From a plasmid, in the sequence record NZ_CP145666.1: a stretch of 64,000 nt of DNA. One strand, written 5' to 3'. A model generated the notes under the pieces. The model did not search any database, was not told the DNA's origin, and worked only from the letters and a program-made list of their open reading frames with translations. The position numbers were made by a program, and so were the translations under genes. This document shows, piece by piece, positions 57,271-64,000 of this stretch. Every line of letters starts with the position of its first letter. The stretch's first letter is position 1.

Positions 57271-57588
57271 ATGCCGAATCTCTTACGTTATGACCAACTG
57301 GACTCCTCACGTCAGCCAGCAGCGCGGGCATCAGCCGCTAGTGGCGAATTATGGTGTGCCCGCAACAACGTAAAAAAGCAGGCGGCAGCGTCAAAGGCCG
57401 CAATTCACCAGGCAATCAATGATCAGCACCGCATTACCCGGCTGCGAAACACCTTTTCGCTCGCGAAGGATATGCGTGAAAAGCCGGTCGTCTGGATTGA
57501 AAAGCGCATCCTCGAAAATCTGTGCATGTTCAATGAGCAGGGCGATATGTACCTGTTCACGCAGCAGAACTTTGTCAGCAAACTCTGA
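57271..57588 (+). CDS. hypothetical protein (105 aa)
   Basis: AGGGGG SD 4 nt before ATG 57271. Confidence 0.4.
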   Translation: MPNLLRYDQLDSSRQPAARASAASGELWCARNNVKKQAAASKAAIHQAINDQHRITRLRNTFSLAKDMREKPVVWIEKRILENLCMFNEQGDMYLFTQQNFVSKL

Positions 57589-57629
57589 ACCTCCGGCCCG
57601 GCTCGTCGGGCCATTAAAAGGAAACCGAT

Positions 57630-58472
57630 ATGACAGACTTCATTGATAAACTGGCAGCGAATGGTGTGGCCTTTACCCTTCAGGACGGACGAATCATCGT
57701 TGAAGGCGATCTTCGTGTCGGGTTTACGCTTGAGCCAGAAGATCCGGCAATTCCCTGCGACTATATTCCCGCGAATCTGACCGTGACGAACACCCTGACC
57801 ATTCTGTCGGGCATTCATAGCATCCCTGCCGGGCTGGTGGCCCGCAATCTGTTTATCAGCTACTCTGAGCTGGAATCTCTCCCTGACAACCTGACCATTA
57901 CCGGTACGCTCATGGCGAATTCTTCACGTCTTAAGTATCTGCCGGAAAATCTGACGGTGGGCCGCGTTCTGGACATCATGTGTACTGATATCGCCTATCT
58001 GCCGGATACGCTGAAAGTAGCTGGCAGTATGATGCTGTCAAACACCCGTATTACCACTTTGCCGGATAACCTGCATCTTGAAGAAAATCTGGCCCTCGAA
58101 GCCATGCCGTTGCAAGCGTTGCCAAAAAACCTGAAAGTGGGCCACAGCCTGTATCTGGATGCTGTGGCTCTGAAGCGGATCCCTGAGTGTATATCGTGCC
58201 CCGTGATTAACCTGGTTAACCCTGGTAATTTTGAAAATGTCGCGTCAGTCACCGGTATCGGCGGAAAGCCTAACCGCCATGTCTATGCGCTACGTACAGC
58301 GCTTGGCGTTCGCGTATGCATGTACGATTTGTCTGTAGACCCGGAAATATTTGGTCTGCTGGTACGTGGCATCTATGATGAACCCACGGCTGAACTACTT
58401 GATAAGGCCGCACAACAATGTATTCAGCGTCTGGAGGATATGTATGCTTCTGAAAACGCAGTTCGGCACTGA
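57630..58472 (+). CDS. leucine-rich-repeat-like protein with five 20-aa LPxNLxVxGxLxL repeats (280 aa)
   Basis: Repeats LPDNLTITGTLMANSSRLKY, LPENLTVGRVLDIMCTDIAY, LPDTLKVAGSMMLSNTRITT, LPDNLHLEENLALEAMPLQA and LPKNLKVGHSLYLDAVALKR read directly. Confidence 0.5.
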   Translation: MTDFIDKLAANGVAFTLQDGRIIVEGDLRVGFTLEPEDPAIPCDYIPANLTVTNTLTILSGIHSIPAGLVARNLFISYSELESLPDNLTITGTLMANSSRLKYLPENLTVGRVLDIMCTDIAYLPDTLKVAGSMMLSNTRITTLPDNLHLEENLALEAMPLQALPKNLKVGHSLYLDAVALKRIPECISCPVINLVNPGNFENVASVTGIGGKPNRHVYALRTALGVRVCMYDLSVDPEIFGLLVRGIYDEPTAELLDKAAQQCIQRLEDMYASENAVRH

Positions 58473-58482
58473 CTCGGGTATG

Positions 58483-58722
58483 ATTTATACCCGGAAGGTG
58501 TATCTGCATTACACCGACACTGACGGGCATTCACGCAGCAAGCTGATAAAAGGTTACTACTACCCGGGCGAAGTCCCGGTTGAGTCGTTTTCAGAGCGGG
58601 CACTTGCTCCTGGTATGCGCCAGCTGTTGAGTTGCCGCTGCGGCGCAATAAACTGGGTCGCAACTGGTGGTATCAACGAATACCAATGTGACTGCTGCGC
58701 AAAGGAAATAACCGTTTACTGA
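58483..58722 (+). CDS. small Zn-finger-like protein (79 aa), paralog of 39600-39872
   Basis: Shared CRCGAINW...EYQCDCC pattern; start 11 nt after the stop of the upstream gene. Confidence 0.4.
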   Translation: MYTRKVYLHYTDTDGHSRSKLIKGYYYPGEVPVESFSERALAPGMRQLLSCRCGAINWVATGGINEYQCDCCAKEITVY

Positions 58723-58781
58723 CGGTCTGCACGGGGATACCGTTCGACCGGCATACCCATGACAATAAGAGCAGGTGCTAA

Positions 58782-59225
58782 ATGACAAAAGAAGAATCAC
58801 AATTTTATGCTGGTGCAATCTGGGCCGCATCGACCATTTACCGGATGCATTCTGACTCGGTGGTAGCGAAAGATTTTCTCCGTGAAATTAACGATCTGGA
58901 TGTGGCAGCAAAATGTGGTGCTGAGTACGACGTTCTCCCATTACGCCTGTTTGTTTTGCGCGATTTACCATTGGGCCACGATGCGGATTATGAAGCCATC
59001 AGCTTCGGGCCGGTAGACCGTCACGGCAATATCATCTGCGATCACTCTCAGACTTCGGTCACCGATATCTCCGGCCAGCGAGCGTATGGGGTTTATGCCC
59101 GCCGTGCGGGTGAGTCGAATCTGACGCTCATCGACAATCTTGATGATGAAGAAGAAGCCGAACCACTGGCGAAGGTGCTGGCTGAACAGCTCCAGCAAAT
59201 CAAAGAAGGTCGCTACGATATTTAA
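58782..59225 (+). CDS. hypothetical acidic protein (147 aa)
   Basis: Open frame; Asp/Glu-rich. Confidence 0.45.
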   Translation: MTKEESQFYAGAIWAASTIYRMHSDSVVAKDFLREINDLDVAAKCGAEYDVLPLRLFVLRDLPLGHDADYEAISFGPVDRHGNIICDHSQTSVTDISGQRAYGVYARRAGESNLTLIDNLDDEEEAEPLAKVLAEQLQQIKEGRYDI

Positions 59226-59258
59226 GCGTTAGACCACGTACTGCTGGTGGCAATACAC

Positions 59259-59283
59259 TGGCGATTAAGGGGGTTAAGTGACT
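59259..59283 (-). repeat. isolated inverted copy of the 56-bp repeat core (CTGGCGATTAAGGGGGTTAAGTGAC)
   Basis: Reverse complement of GTCACTTAACCCCCTTAATCGCCAG from the 63.2-kb array. Confidence 0.6.
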
Positions 59284-59437
59284 TAAATGATCCACTGACC
59301 TGTCTGTGTAAAGCCTGTTTATCCCAAAGCCGTCTGGTTCACCAGGCGGTTTTTTTATGCCCGGAATAGCAAGCACAACACAAAACGAAACCGATATTAT
59401 CTTTCTGAAAATACAGGGCTTTTTATGCCCTGGTTTT

Positions 59438-59447
59438 CTTCGTCACC
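59438..59447 (+). promoter_or_regulatory. accessory promoter module core CTTCGTCACC
   Basis: 64 nt before ATG 59511. Confidence 0.45.
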
Positions 59448-59510
59448 TGAGTCACTCACCAGATACTGGATACAGAAGCCACAACATGTAACCCGTTATC
59501 AGGAGCGACC

Positions 59511-59676
59511 CATGAAAGCACAAGCTGTTCGTAATCACTCTTTTGGCTCACTGAAGCTCAGCGCAAGCAATGCGGCAGCAGCCGCGCTGGCGCACCCGGT
59601 AACCCATTTCTTCATGCTGTTCGCCATCGTGATGTACCTGGTCTATGGCGGTGTAGTACTCGGCATTAAGCCGTAG
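59511..59676 (+). CDS. small membrane protein (54 aa), tentative
   Basis: GGAG SD; C-terminal TM helix. Confidence 0.3.
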
Positions 59677-59740
59677 CATTCCCTGTGGCCGGTCGCCCAA
59701 CCGGCTTTGCCTCCAACCCTTCTGGAGGTAGTTGTTAACT

Positions 59741-59766
59741 TCCCCGGTAAACCGGGGATTTTTTTA
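59741..59766 (+). terminator. intrinsic terminator
   Basis: TCCCCGGTAAACCGGGGA plus T7. Confidence 0.65.
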
Positions 59767-59861
59767 CCCGTAGTTCCAGCGTTCGCCACTGGAGCTAAAA
59801 CCCACCAGAGCGAATTCCGTAACATAAGCGCTTCTTCTACGTCCGATCAGTACCTTACCCT

Positions 59862-60287
59862 ATGAGCAACCCGTCACACTCTGCTAGCCTTCCTCCCGGA
59901 ATGAACGACACTCTGATGTCCCTATATATCGAACCGGATATGCCTGGTATCGATGATCTCGTTATAACAATTATTCGGCTTCGGCGTGAGGGCTGGACAG
60001 CATCTGAACTGACTTTCCGTATACTTTCGTCAGTTGCATATCAGGTGATTCCTCCAGAGGCGTTTACCGACCCTAAGCATCACCTCCTGAAAGAGTATGT
60101 CAGTTTGTCCCGTGAGTTCGGCCTAGTAAGCGGGGCAAGACATAATGCTCACCTCCGTGGTGTCATTCGCAGAGGGATAATGTCGGGAATAGATAGAGCA
60201 GAGGTAATACGCCGCGTTCTTTTCTCCCCGCACTATTCAGAACATGAGGAAGATAACCAATCTGATTCGTTCCCTCGTTCGTCGTAA
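59862..60287 (+). CDS. hypothetical protein (141 aa), overlaps the next ORF in another frame
   Basis: No clear SD; 44-nt overlap with the HNH ORF frame. Confidence 0.3.
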   Translation: MSNPSHSASLPPGMNDTLMSLYIEPDMPGIDDLVITIIRLRREGWTASELTFRILSSVAYQVIPPEAFTDPKHHLLKEYVSLSREFGLVSGARHNAHLRGVIRRGIMSGIDRAEVIRRVLFSPHYSEHEEDNQSDSFPRSS

Positions 60288-60318
60288 CAACCGGGTGGCA
60301 TTAACGCTTTTTCCCCGA

Positions 60319-61086
60319 ATGTTCCGGTACAAAGCCTTTGGCGTGGTTGAAACAGGATCTGGTTATCCGCGACGGCCTGAACATCAGGAATCCAAAGTTT
60401 GTCTACTGGCAGGATATCTCAGAGTCCAGGAAGAAATTCGTGCTTCTCAGGCCCGTCTGGCTTTACTAAATACTGAAATCGAAAAGGAGAATGCTCAGGA
60501 GTACGCACGTAACAAAATTCCGGCATCACGGTTGGCTCACTTCAGGCTCTGGTTCACTCGCCGATTTGGTAATGACACATCCCGTTTGATTGAGTCCGTG
60601 GACACCTACTGCGAGGAGCAGAATCCAGTAATGGATGAGCAACCGGCTGTATTGCCATTACCACGCGGTCACCTCCCCCATGCAGATATCCGTATGCGCT
60701 CCCCGAGCTTCCGCCGAGAGGTTAGCGTTCGCGATGTGCATGTCCAGTCTCAGTTCCGTGAGTTGGTGGATAAGAATTTCGGAAGCCTGTGCGCGGTATC
60801 GGGCAAACACCTCAACGGTGTGCTGGAGGCAGCACATATTGAACCAACATCCGTAGCAGGCTGCTATAACGCCAGTAACGGCATTTTGCTATCACCAACA
60901 TTCCACAGGCTGTTTGACACAAACATGATGGGTATTGATCCTGATACACTACAGATTCACTTCGCCAGCGGTATAGAGTTCCCTGAGTATGAAGGGGTCT
61001 GTATAAAACCGTTGTTCTACAATCTGGATAAAAACAGGCTCGGGGCAAGATGGCTTGAATTTAAAGTGAAATCACCTGCGGAGTAA
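60319..61086 (+). CDS. HNH endonuclease-domain protein (start uncertain, 60244 or 60319)
   Basis: C-terminal CAVSGKHLNGVLEAAHIEP...NGILLSPTFHRLFD matches the HNH_2-type pattern. Confidence 0.55.
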   Translation: MFRYKAFGVVETGSGYPRRPEHQESKVCLLAGYLRVQEEIRASQARLALLNTEIEKENAQEYARNKIPASRLAHFRLWFTRRFGNDTSRLIESVDTYCEEQNPVMDEQPAVLPLPRGHLPHADIRMRSPSFRREVSVRDVHVQSQFRELVDKNFGSLCAVSGKHLNGVLEAAHIEPTSVAGCYNASNGILLSPTFHRLFDTNMMGIDPDTLQIHFASGIEFPEYEGVCIKPLFYNLDKNRLGARWLEFKVKSPAE

Positions 61087-61492
61087 GCCCTCTCCCCTCT
61101 TCCATCTCCCTGCCCTATCCAATCTATTTATTGGAAAGGCATAGCAGCATGGAGATAAGTAGCACACAAGTAACTCACCGATAATTCACATAAAAACCAT
61201 ATCAAAACAAATCAATCAGTTTATCGCATTTCCTAGCGCACTTTTAATTCACATTTTATGGACTTTTAATCCAATCCTCTCCTGTTCACTTTGAATTTAA
61301 GTGATATCAGTGAATGATAAGGTACGAATAATTCACTAAATAACAACTATGTAAATTCAACAGCATAAAAACCAGAGCGCTATCTTCGGACTGGTTCCAG
61401 TAATTGATGGTTTGAGTCCGGCCCGCATGTCATACTGATTTATATCTTTCGTGTAGCCCTGCGGTAGGCACGATTTCATCCCAATACATCCA

Positions 61493-61759
61493 GTGGCATG
61501 TGACTATATGATCGACCAAGCAGAGTTAATGAAGAGTGTTTTAGCGGTTCTGCAAGCCAGAAACGTGTCATTATCAGAGAGCCCTACGCGAATTCTGATG
61601 ATGCTTCCAACACGGTTACGCGTGAATGTCACTGTAATCGATGCTCAAAATGAACCGTTAACCGCGACACTGATGCTGGATCAGGAAGGTCAAGTGACCT
61701 GTAAGCTGGCAACAGACCCCGCTGATACCGTCGTTGATATCAGTCGATATAGAGTATGA
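61493..61759 (+). CDS. hypothetical small protein (88 aa)
   Basis: Open frame only. Confidence 0.3.
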   Translation: MACDYMIDQAELMKSVLAVLQARNVSLSESPTRILMMLPTRLRVNVTVIDAQNEPLTATLMLDQEGQVTCKLATDPADTVVDISRYRV

Positions 61760-62153
61760 TTTAAATCTTCGCGTTCCAGCCAGCCGTTCCCAGCTTCGTT
61801 GTAGAATATTGCAATAAGCCAATCCCCAGCCAGCCCTGTAATGTAACCGAAGAAAATCGTGCGCAATGCGCACGTAAAAATGTCTGCCCGCCACGCGGGC
61901 AATCGCCGTCCAAAAGCTTCGCTCTCAAGCGAAGCAGGCACGACATGTAAATTCGAATAGAGCCCTCACGGGGCGATTAGGCGAATTCGCGGCCCGCTAG
62001 GGCAAAGTCTCAAAGCGTATGGGGGTTAACACCCCCAAAACGCTGTGGAGACTGTTGTGGCTTTTCGGAACTACGATCCCGAAGTACTGACTAAGGGTTG
62101 CGGCTGCCACCAGCCCGGCTATCAGGCGACCCAACAATTATTTCTCCGTATCA
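61760..62153 (+). other. 400-bp hairpin-dense noncoding segment
   Basis: Serial GC-rich stem-loops (GTGCGCAATGCGCAC, GCCCGCCACGCGGGC, GCTTCGCTCTCAAGCGAAGC, GGGGGTTAACACCCCC); no credible ORF. Confidence 0.35.
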
Positions 62154-62163
62154 CTTCGTCACC
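62154..62163 (+). promoter_or_regulatory. accessory promoter module core CTTCGTCACC
   Basis: 52 nt before ATG 62215. Confidence 0.45.
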
Positions 62164-62214
62164 TGCTCAAGGTGATTGAAAATAGAATCACAATTAGAAA
62201 GCGGGGAACACACA

Positions 62215-62736
62215 ATGAACACTCAGACAAGAATCAAATTGAAAGGCCTCAAAATCTATACTGGCATGAGCCAGGAAACAGTCTGCTTTAACGCTACTGT
62301 CCTCTTCGACGGGCTGAGCATAGGTACAGCTGATAATGATGGGCATGGTGGCGAAACTCGCGTACTGTTCGAACCAGGAAAAAAAGAGCTGTTCCGCCAG
62401 GCCGAATCATATGCGAAGGGTCTTCTGCCAATCTGCCTTGGCGAACACAATGGCAAGCCATTTCTCATAGACTCAAACCTGATTGAAGTAATCGACCAGC
62501 TTGTCAGTGACGAGGAGCGTAACCGGAAAACTAAATCAAGTTTCAAGAAGGTTTACCGCAAGAAAATCTGCGTCTTACGCGAAGGTAGACTTTGGACAGT
62601 GGGCTACAAAAGCCAGGCTCAATACGCTTCATACATCGCACAAATCAAAAAAGAACATGGCCCTGATATCGTTATCCTGGACGATTTGGAACATGATGAA
62701 GCTTTCGAGCTGTACAGTAAGCACTTATACGCCTGA
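62215..62736 (+). CDS. hypothetical protein (173 aa)
   Basis: GCGGGG SD; the track start is 62176. Confidence 0.45.
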   Translation: MNTQTRIKLKGLKIYTGMSQETVCFNATVLFDGLSIGTADNDGHGGETRVLFEPGKKELFRQAESYAKGLLPICLGEHNGKPFLIDSNLIEVIDQLVSDEERNRKTKSSFKKVYRKKICVLREGRLWTVGYKSQAQYASYIAQIKKEHGPDIVILDDLEHDEAFELYSKHLYA

Positions 62737-62782
62737 CCATCAAGCGTGGTAGAATTGGATAATTCTAGCGCAGAGGATCACT

Positions 62783-63052
62783 ATGAAAGTTAAAGAGCTT
62801 ATCGCCCAGCTTCAGCTACACGACCCTGATGCTGTTGTCGTAATTGCCGGATTTGAAACCCAGAGTACTGGACTGGTTGCCGAGGCCGATACTATTAAAG
62901 AATGCGTGACAGTTCCTGTCCAAGCGGACAGCATGACGGGTGACCGTTCGTTGGCAAAGGAGGGTTCACCTTCTGTCTGGTTGGGATGGGGGAATGATTA
63001 CCGCACGGAGTTCTTCGTTAGTGCCATCAACGACCCGGACGAATTAGCCTAA
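62783..63052 (+). CDS. hypothetical small protein (89 aa)
   Basis: GAGGA SD. Confidence 0.4.
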   Translation: MKVKELIAQLQLHDPDAVVVIAGFETQSTGLVAEADTIKECVTVPVQADSMTGDRSLAKEGSPSVWLGWGNDYRTEFFVSAINDPDELA

Positions 63053-63069
63053 CTATATCGAATACCCAA

Positions 63070-63096
63070 GAGCCTCTACTTCAGAGGCTTTTTTAT
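63070..63096 (+). terminator. intrinsic terminator
   Basis: AGCCTCTACTTCAGAGGCT plus T6. Confidence 0.65.
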
Positions 63097-63163
63097 TTGA
63101 TGGGTCTTACGGGAAACCTTGTCATTCATTTACCAATAGTTGCAGGGCGTATCCTCCAGCGCT

Positions 63164-63526
63164 AAGTCACTTAACCCCCTTAATCGCCAGCCAGCATCTC
63201 CGGGTTCTGCCCGACCCGTGGATTACTTAACACCCTTAATCGCCAGTCAGCCTCTCCGGGTTCTGCCCGTACCGTGGGTCACTTAACCCCCTTAATCGCC
63301 AGCCAGCCTCTCCGGTTTCTGCCCGTACAGTGGGTCACTTAACCCCCTTAATCGCCAGCCAGCCTCTCCGGTTTCTGCCCGTACAGTGGGTCACTTAACC
63401 CCCTTAATCGCCAGCCAGCATCTCCGGGTTCTGCCCGACCCGTGGGTTACTTAACCCCCTTAATCGCCAGTCAGTCTCTCCGGGTTCTGCCCGCCCCGTG
63501 GATTACTTAACCCCCTTAATCGCCAG
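63164..63526 (+). repeat. 6.5 tandem copies of a 56-bp repeat (TTAATCGCCAGYCAGCMTCTCCGGKTTCTGCCCGNMCNGTGGRTYACTTAACMCCC)
   Basis: Period 56 measured between successive TTAATCGCCAG starts at 63180, 63236, 63292, 63348, 63404, 63460 and 63516. Confidence 0.85.
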
Positions 63527-63706
63527 AAGAGAAAGATGATGTGTCATTGAACTGCATTTCGAGATCGCAAAATGAAGAAAAAACAAAATAGAATGTTAGC
63601 GTCTCAATCTGATTGCCGTTACAATTATACGCATAGAGCGTCATTTTACGCATTATACGTAAAGTATACGCATATGCGTTTAAATTCATAATTCAGGTTT
63701 GAGGGT

Positions 63707-64000
63707 ATGACGAGAATGAATCTAATAGATAAAATTGCCCTTGTCGGGCAACGCATGAAGTCCGAACAAATTTCATTGAAAGAATCGTTACTGGCTTCTT
63801 CCCGGGTATCTGTATCAGATGACAGTGTGGAGGGGGTAGATCGCCTTATCTATAACCACTGCCTGAATAAAAAAAATCTCTCCGACTTCTTTGGAAAATC
63901 TCGAGTTACCTTCAATAAAATTCTCGCTGATCTCGAAGAAAAAAGGCTGGTGGGTCAACCTATTTATCAGAACAAAAACCACCTTTATACCCGCTGGGAT
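63707..64000 (+). CDS. HTH protein, 5' part only (candidate replication initiator or transcriptional regulator)
   Basis: GAGGGT SD before ATG 63707. Residues about 56-83 (NLSDFFGKSRVTFNKILADLEEKRLV) fit a CRP/winged-helix-type HTH pattern. The gene follows the repeats and an AT-rich region with TACGCAT palindromes. It runs off the window end. Confidence 0.4.
   Translation, partial: MTRMNLIDKIALVGQRMKSEQISLKESLLASSRVSVSDDSVEGVDRLIYNHCLNKKNLSDFFGKSRVTFNKILADLEEKRLVGQPIYQNKNHLYTRWD

Noticed and set aside
61658-61946. Three overlapping minus-strand ORFs (60-83 aa) in the hairpin-dense region
   Set aside because: They are mutually overlapping, in a segment better explained as structured noncoding DNA. 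No start signals.
61760-62160. Retron msr/msd interpretation of the hairpin cluster
   Set aside because: No reverse transcriptase gene is adjacent (the neighbouring ORFs are 88 and 173 aa without RT motifs), and there are no flanking a1/a2 inverted repeats.
63164-63526. CRISPR array interpretation of the 56-bp tandem repeats
   Set aside because: The units abut one another with no unique spacers and there are no cas genes. The arrangement is iteron or satellite-like, not repeat-spacer.

Overview
This 64-kb window reads as the backbone plus accessory region of a large enterobacterial conjugative element, plasmid- or ICE-like. It carries an F-type mating-pair-formation system of the SXT/R391, IncC and IncHI kind. 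No rRNA, tRNA, CRISPR array, transposase or integrase is visible. The window falls into five parts.

(1) 1-14.1 kb: one plus-strand array of about 17 genes. Each gene is preceded by nearly the same translation-initiation module, an AT-rich enhancer followed by GAGGTATAT-N-ATG or AAGGTGATCATT-ATG, and the genes are separated by intrinsic terminators. The array encodes an OB-fold SSB-like protein, a RecT-type single-strand annealing protein, a YqaJ/lambda-Exo-type exonuclease, a MoxR/CobS-like AAA+ ATPase, a vWA (CobT-like) protein and many small unknowns. Two copies of a roughly 250-nt leader element, each with a good sigma70 promoter, sit just after terminators.

(2) 14.2-23.7 kb: the transfer genes TraF/TrbB-like (thioredoxin fold with CxxC), TraH, TraG and TraN. 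Both tra promoters share a palindromic box.

(3) 23.8-27.9 kb, minus strand: a lipoprotein, a FlhC/FlhD-like activator pair (AcaCD/SetCD analogues), a lytic transglycosylase and a ParR/ParM-type partition pair. An AT-rich stretch and an iteron-like repeat cluster lie upstream.

(4) 29-63 kb: an accessory island of mostly small plus-strand genes. At least 14 of them sit about 60-75 nt downstream of a conserved CTTCGTCACC promoter module. It includes a DinG-family Fe-S helicase operon, a Lar-like restriction-alleviation protein, CcdAB, a RES-Xre toxin-antitoxin with a third small membrane gene, an HNH endonuclease, an LRR-like repeat protein, a HAD hydrolase, an NrdH-like redoxin, tandem paralog pairs, acidic candidate DNA-mimic proteins, AT-rich membrane-protein islands and several structured noncoding segments.

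(5) 63.1-64.0 kb: 6.5 tandem 56-bp repeats, an AT-rich operator-like region and the 5' end of an HTH protein gene, which together look like an iteron replicon or a regulatory array.

The best candidates for undescribed biology are the promoter-defined regulon of small accessory genes, probably co-regulated with or following conjugation, the DinG operon and the AAA/vWA triad.
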